Assembly (NCBI GenBank): GCA_038150265.1 | Contig: JAYOTF010000027.1 | Span: forward strand, 1-44,271 | Direction: 5' to 3' | DNA: 44,271 bases | From: Deltaproteobacteria bacterium | GTDB lineage: Bacteria; SAR324; NAC60-12 | Shown here: positions 39,794-44,271 of the stretch, piece by piece | Numbering within the stretch: the stretch's first letter is position 1 | Layout: every line of letters begins with the position of its first letter | Notes under the pieces: model-generated | What the model saw: only the letters and a program-made list of their open reading frames with translations | Database searches by the model: none | What the model was told of the DNA's origin: nothing | Made by a program: the position numbers and the translations under genes

Positions 39794-40765
39794 CTAATCG
39801 CGGAGCAGGAAGGTGAAGGCGACGCGGCGGTTCTTGGCCCAGGCTTGCTCATTGGACTCCGGAACGGCCGGGAACTCTTCTCCGAAGCTGATGGTCCGGA
39901 TCAGCGACGTATCGGCAGAGTACACCTTCACGGCTTCATAAACCGCATTGGCGCGTCGGTGTCCGAGGGCGAGGTTGTACTCGTCACTGCCTCGCTCATC
40001 GGCGTGTCCTTCAATCTGCAAAATCATGTCGCCCCGGAGCTGCAAGGCATCCAGAACGCCTGGAATGCGCTCTTGGAGCAGGTCCTGGTAGTCGGCTTCG
40101 ATGCGGCTTTGGTCAAAGGCGAAGTAAACGTTGGGGAGGAGCTGCTCCACCAGGGGGTTGCGAACGGGCGGGAGGCCCCGGTCACGCATGTCAATGAGGC
40201 TCAGGTAGATCTGCTGCAGCACGTCCTCCTGCGTGTTCTCATCAGCGACCGGCATGAAGTCCGGCTCCGATGCGCTGAAGTCCTGTGGATCTCCCGGCAC
40301 CTCCATGGCCGACTCCAGGGCCTGCAGGTACTCGTCGGTGGTCATGGGAGGCGGAGGAGGCTCTGGCTCTGCTTGAAACAGGTAGGGGTCGTTGTCCGTC
40401 AGGTTCGGGTCATAAGCAGGGTCGGCTTCCGGAACCGTCTCCGGGTCATACAGCTGGAGCAGTCGGCCGTCATTGGGGTCTGACTGCGCAATGGGGCTCA
40501 TCTCGTTCTGAGCTGCAGCCAGCTCCCGCTCCTTGGCTTCAATGGAGCGAGCGTAGGCCTCATCGGCGTTCGCCTCGGTGTCGGCAACAGGAACCGAGTC
40601 GGTGGGCTCGGCGACAACAGAGATTTCATCCGATGTCTCCCGCGGGGCAACAGTGGCCGCCGAATCTTCGGGAGCAGCAGGCTCTGAGTCTGAGAACAAT
40701 CCACATCCGCTCATGACAACGGTCAGAGAAGCGGTGAGGAGCAAAAATCCGATCAGGTATTTCAT
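39794..40765 (-). CDS. Pal-like OmpA-domain lipoprotein with long acidic linker
   Basis: Lipobox-like MSGC; C-terminal VYFAFD, IEGHADERGSDEYNLALGHRRA, SFGEE, KNRRV. Confidence 0.88.
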   Translation of the reverse strand: MKYLIGFLLLTASLTVVMSGCGLFSDSEPAAPEDSAATVAPRETSDEISVVAEPTDSVPVADTEANADEAYARSIEAKERELAAAQNEMSPIAQSDPNDGRLLQLYDPETVPEADPAYDPNLTDNDPYLFQAEPEPPPPPMTTDEYLQALESAMEVPGDPQDFSASEPDFMPVADENTQEDVLQQIYLSLIDMRDRGLPPVRNPLVEQLLPNVYFAFDQSRIEADYQDLLQERIPGVLDALQLRGDMILQIEGHADERGSDEYNLALGHRRANAVYEAVKVYSADTSLIRTISFGEEFPAVPESNEQAWAKNRRVAFTFLLRD

Positions 40766-40825
40766 GGCGGTTTGGTCATCAACAGCGCGGCAGTACTTTG
40801 GGCCTAGCAACCCTCTGTGCGGGGG

Positions 40826-41021
40826 GTGCAAGTTCAGTTCCCTTTCCAAAAGCCTTGGTCGGAAACCCTCTGAAAGCGCCTGTGGTCGGAATCGTGGGCC
40901 AGAAGCGACCAAGGCATGTTTTGCAGGTTTTTGCAAACAACCGCAAGCGCCGACTGAGTTGGGCGGTAAAATTTACTCCCCTTGCGTCCGGAGCCCGGGC
41001 GCACGTGAATTGAAGTTGCAC
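40826..41021 (+). other. 196-bp element bounded by imperfect 15-bp inverted repeats with internal stems (candidate structured RNA or MITE-like element)
   Basis: GTGCAAGTTCAGTTC / GAATTGAAGTTGCAC (13/15); perfect inner 10-bp inverted repeat 40852-40861/40906-40915; hairpin 40983-41003. Confidence 0.4.
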
Positions 41022-41087
41022 GCTTGAGAGGTCCTTGTTTACACTGCTGGTAGAAAACGATACTCCCAACCTCTTCAGAAAGAAACC

Positions 41088-44000
41088 ATGTCCTTTCGAT
41101 CTTTGTTGAGTCTGCGTCCGTGGCTGGTGGTCCTGCTGCTCCTGTTCAGCCTCGGAGGCTCGCTTTGGGCCCGTAACGACCTGGACAATGCGGACACCCG
41201 CTGGCCAGAGCGGCAGTACCGGCGCTTTCTGCTGCCAAACGGCATGAAGGTCCTCTTGATCTCAGACCCGACGATGCAGCGGAGCGCGGCTTCTCTTGCC
41301 GTGGGCGCAGGGTCGTTGCTCGATCCAGACAACCGCCAGGGCCTGGCTCATTTTCTCGAGCACATGCTGTTCCTGGGGACCGAGAAGTACCCCACCCCCG
41401 GAAGCTACCAGGAGTTTGTCTCCACGAACGATGGCTTCACCAACGCCTTCACGTCTGAGCAGATCACCAACTACCACTTCGAGATCGCACCCGCTGCTTT
41501 TGAGGAAGGCCTCGACCGCTTCTCTCAGTTCTTCACGGCTCCGCTCTTCAATCAGGAGCTGGTGGACCGCGAGATCCGGGCCGTGGATTCAGAGCACTCC
41601 AAGAACATCCCGAACGACTTCCGGCGGGTGTTTCAGGTGCAGCGTGAGGCCTATGAGCCCGGACACCCCGCCCGACACTTCTCGACGGGCAACCTCCAGA
41701 CGCTCGGAGGCGTCACCCGCGAGGAGCTGCTGAACTTCTACCGCACCCAGTACTCGGCGAACCGCATGACGCTCGCCGTGGCCAGCCGCCATGGCCTGGA
41801 CACGCTGCAGCGCTGGATTGTGCCTCGGTTCATGCTGGTCCCCAACCGGAACCTGCCGGAGTGGGGGGTGCCGGAAACATTCATGGGCCCCGATCCCAAC
41901 TTCCGGCTGATGCAGGTGAAGACGGTGAAGGATTCCCGGTCGCTGACCCTGACCTTCCCGTTGCCACCGACGGTTCAGTACTACACCAGCCGCCCCTTGG
42001 GCCTGATTGGCTCCATGCTGGGGCACGAGGGGGAGCACAGCCTCCTTTCGTTGCTCAAGCGCGAGAACCTCGCCACCGGGCTTTCGGCAGGCGGCGGGGG
42101 CAGCAACCCGTCTTATTCTTCGTTCACCCTCAACATCCAGTTGACGGAGCGCGGACAGCAGAACTACCGCCAGGTCATCACCTACGTCTTCCAGGCCATT
42201 GAACTGCTGCGGCGCAAGGGGCTGCCGCGCCACATCTTTGAAGAAAACCGGCGCATGGCAGAAATTGAGCTGGCCTTCATGGACCGGGGAGAAGGAACGT
42301 CGCTGACCAACATGTTTGCCTCGATGATGCAGTACTACCCGCTCAAGGACCTGGAGCGCACGCCCTTCCTGCTCACCGAGTACAACCCGAAGCTCTTTGA
42401 CAGCATGCTCTTCCGGCTCACTCCGGACAACATGCTGGCGATTCTGGCCGCTCGAGACGTCCAGACAGACGCAACCGAGTCCTATTACGGAACCGAGTAT
42501 TCCTTCACCAAGTCCCACCCGGAGTGGGTTCAGGAGTGGGCGCGGCCCGGACTGAATGCCGCCATCCAGCTTCCGGAGCCCAACCCGTTCATTCCCGAAG
42601 ACCTGGCCCTGCAGCCCTTCCGGGGGAGCTTTGAGCTGACGCACTCCTCAATCGTGGGCCTCGAGAGCGAAGGCCTCCCGGAGCCGGTGCTCGCTCGGCT
42701 TCGTCCGCTTGAGGGACGGGAGTGGGGCTCGTGGGATTCGCTGCTGGCCACTCTGGAACTCGAAACCCTGGACGTGGACCCGAGGAGCATTCAGGAGTTG
42801 CTCCAGAAGCACGCCCTGCCGGCTCCGGTGAAGATTCTTGATGCCGACCGGGGGCAGGTGTGGTTTCAGCAAGACTACCGCTTTGACTCGCCGAAGGCGC
42901 AGCTGCACTTCCGTATTGAGACCCCGGAGGTTTATGCGTCGCCACGCCACGCCGTGCTGTCGCAGCTTTACGCTGATGCGTTTGAAGAAGGGCTCAACGA
43001 GTTCACCTATCCGGCGCAGGTGGCTGGGTTGGGCTACAACGTTTGGTCCGACAAGAAGGGCATCCGCCTCAGCTTCAGCGGGTACTCCGACCGCATCCTG
43101 GCGTTTGTGAAGGCCATCTCGACGAAGCTCAAGAGCATTGAAATCGACGAAAAGACCTTTGCGGAACTGAAGGAGCGCAAGCGCCGCAGCTACGCCAACT
43201 TTCACCTGCAGCAGCCCTACCAGCAGGCCTTTTACTACCGGAGCCTCTTGCTGGAAAACCGGAAGTTTGCCCTCTGGGACTATGAAAAGGAATTGGCGTC
43301 TCTCACGCTGCAGGACCTGAAGGCCTATGCCCAGAAGCGCCTCTACGCCCAGACCTTCCTGCAGGGGGTCGCGTATGGCAACCTCGAGGGCTCTGAGGTC
43401 CGGAGCGCCATCAACGAGCTGCTGCAGACGCTTGGCGGCGAACCGCTTCCTCCGGAAGCCCGGTACCGGGAAAGCATCCGGCAGATTCCAACCGGACAGG
43501 CCTACACCCTCTCGCAGCCCATGGAGGTGAACAACTCGGCGCTGGTCATGGAGCTGCAGGTGGCGCAACGGACCCCCCGGAACCGGGCGGCGCTGCAGGT
43601 GCTCAGCACGGTGCTGGAGCCTCAGGCGTACAACGAGCTGCGCACCAACCAGCAGCTGGGCTACATTGTCAATGCCGGCATGTCTGAAGCCGAAGACACG
43701 CTGGGGCTGGTGTTCATGGTGCAGTCCGGAACCTATGGGCCGGCTGAGCTGGAAGCCCGCGCCCGCGCCTTCTTCCCCAAATTCCTGGAGCAGGTGCAGC
43801 AGCTGCCTGAGGCTCAATTCGAGTCCCTCAAGCGGGCGGTCAAGAGTGGGATGCTGGACAAGCCGGACTCGGTATCAGCCGTGGCCGGGATGCTGTTTGG
43901 CCGGGCCTTTGAGCGCGATGCCGGGTTTGACCCGACGAGTCCGGACCTGAAGGCCCTGGAGGCGCTGCAGCTTGCTGACCTTCAGGAACTGGTGGCTCAG

Positions 44001-44141
44001 CTCAGCGAATCCCAGCAGCGGCGCCTGACCCTCCGGATGGTGGGCAAGGGGCATCAGAATGGCCCTGTCGATGGCACGGCGCTTCCGGATGTGGCCGCCT
44101 TCCGGCAGGCCCTGGCTTGCCCGGCGGCCTGCCTGCCCTAA
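41088..44141 (+). CDS. Secreted M16A (pitrilysin/insulinase-like) metallopeptidase
   Basis: Signal peptide; GLAHFLEHMLFLGTEKYP (HxxEH), NAFT, AVDSEH, ELRTNQQLGYIV. Confidence 0.95.
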   Translation: MSFRSLLSLRPWLVVLLLLFSLGGSLWARNDLDNADTRWPERQYRRFLLPNGMKVLLISDPTMQRSAASLAVGAGSLLDPDNRQGLAHFLEHMLFLGTEKYPTPGSYQEFVSTNDGFTNAFTSEQITNYHFEIAPAAFEEGLDRFSQFFTAPLFNQELVDREIRAVDSEHSKNIPNDFRRVFQVQREAYEPGHPARHFSTGNLQTLGGVTREELLNFYRTQYSANRMTLAVASRHGLDTLQRWIVPRFMLVPNRNLPEWGVPETFMGPDPNFRLMQVKTVKDSRSLTLTFPLPPTVQYYTSRPLGLIGSMLGHEGEHSLLSLLKRENLATGLSAGGGGSNPSYSSFTLNIQLTERGQQNYRQVITYVFQAIELLRRKGLPRHIFEENRRMAEIELAFMDRGEGTSLTNMFASMMQYYPLKDLERTPFLLTEYNPKLFDSMLFRLTPDNMLAILAARDVQTDATESYYGTEYSFTKSHPEWVQEWARPGLNAAIQLPEPNPFIPEDLALQPFRGSFELTHSSIVGLESEGLPEPVLARLRPLEGREWGSWDSLLATLELETLDVDPRSIQELLQKHALPAPVKILDADRGQVWFQQDYRFDSPKAQLHFRIETPEVYASPRHAVLSQLYADAFEEGLNEFTYPAQVAGLGYNVWSDKKGIRLSFSGYSDRILAFVKAISTKLKSIEIDEKTFAELKERKRRSYANFHLQQPYQQAFYYRSLLLENRKFALWDYEKELASLTLQDLKAYAQKRLYAQTFLQGVAYGNLEGSEVRSAINELLQTLGGEPLPPEARYRESIRQIPTGQAYTLSQPMEVNNSALVMELQVAQRTPRNRAALQVLSTVLEPQAYNELRTNQQLGYIVNAGMSEAEDTLGLVFMVQSGTYGPAELEARARAFFPKFLEQVQQLPEAQFESLKRAVKSGMLDKPDSVSAVAGMLFGRAFERDAGFDPTSPDLKALEALQLADLQELVAQLSESQQRRLTLRMVGKGHQNGPVDGTALPDVAAFRQALACPAACLP

Positions 44142-44271
44142 GTTGCGGTAGCCTTGAGGTTGATGGAACATGACGAGAATGGTCATGAGTTCACTCGGGC
44201 TCAAGCTAGTGGAACATTGGCGAACGCGACGAGGCCCCAATAACAGAGCGTGTGGGGTTTTCAAACTGAAA
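44139..44271 (-). mobile_element. Degenerate IS982-like transposase N-terminal fragment, continuing beyond the window
   Basis: Minus-strand peptide LSPSELMTILVMFHQPQGYRN resembles the IS982 N-terminal motif LSxSExMTIxxxFHxSxYR; lower GC; similarity ends at the peptidase stop codon. Confidence 0.6.

Overview
GC-rich bacterial chromosomal window (Gram-negative: lpxB, tolQR, pal; a deltaproteobacterial/SAR324-like origin is an unverified impression). No rRNA, tRNA or CRISPR was seen. Left to right: (1) a phosphate-starvation block with a secreted phytase-like/alkaline-phosphatase-like protein and plcP-agt lipid-remodelling genes, each preceded by an 11-bp-phased Pho-box-like array, followed by an unexplained head-to-head pair of a phosphatidylserine-decarboxylase paralogue and a GSA-aminomutase-like PLP enzyme with a hydrophobic N-terminus; (2) a tightly packed minus-strand run SDR-bolA-DUF368-cobT-cobS-Na/Pi cotransporter-ppk2-small ORF; (3) ugpBAEC; (4) a SorC-regulated sugar/polyol locus (ATPase-less ABC importer, FGGY kinase, G1PDH-family dehydrogenase, hexulose-phosphate-isomerase-like SIS protein, SDR) with three operator-like sites phased at exactly 31 bp; (5) HNH nuclease, acnA and a 4CL-like CoA ligase; (6) small genes: an orphan FliM-middle-domain-like protein, DUF952, a SutA-like protein, a 57-aa ORF absent from the ORF track, and csp; (7) pal-like-tolQ-tolR-lpxB-tldD-pmbA; (8) a 196-bp structured intergenic element, an M16A peptidase with an inserted mini-domain, and an IS982-like remnant at the right edge. 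The best candidates for undescribed biology are the extended P-starvation lipid cluster (2625-7057) and the putative 3-ketose-phosphate sugar pathway (18614-27122). All family calls come from motif recognition, not database searches.
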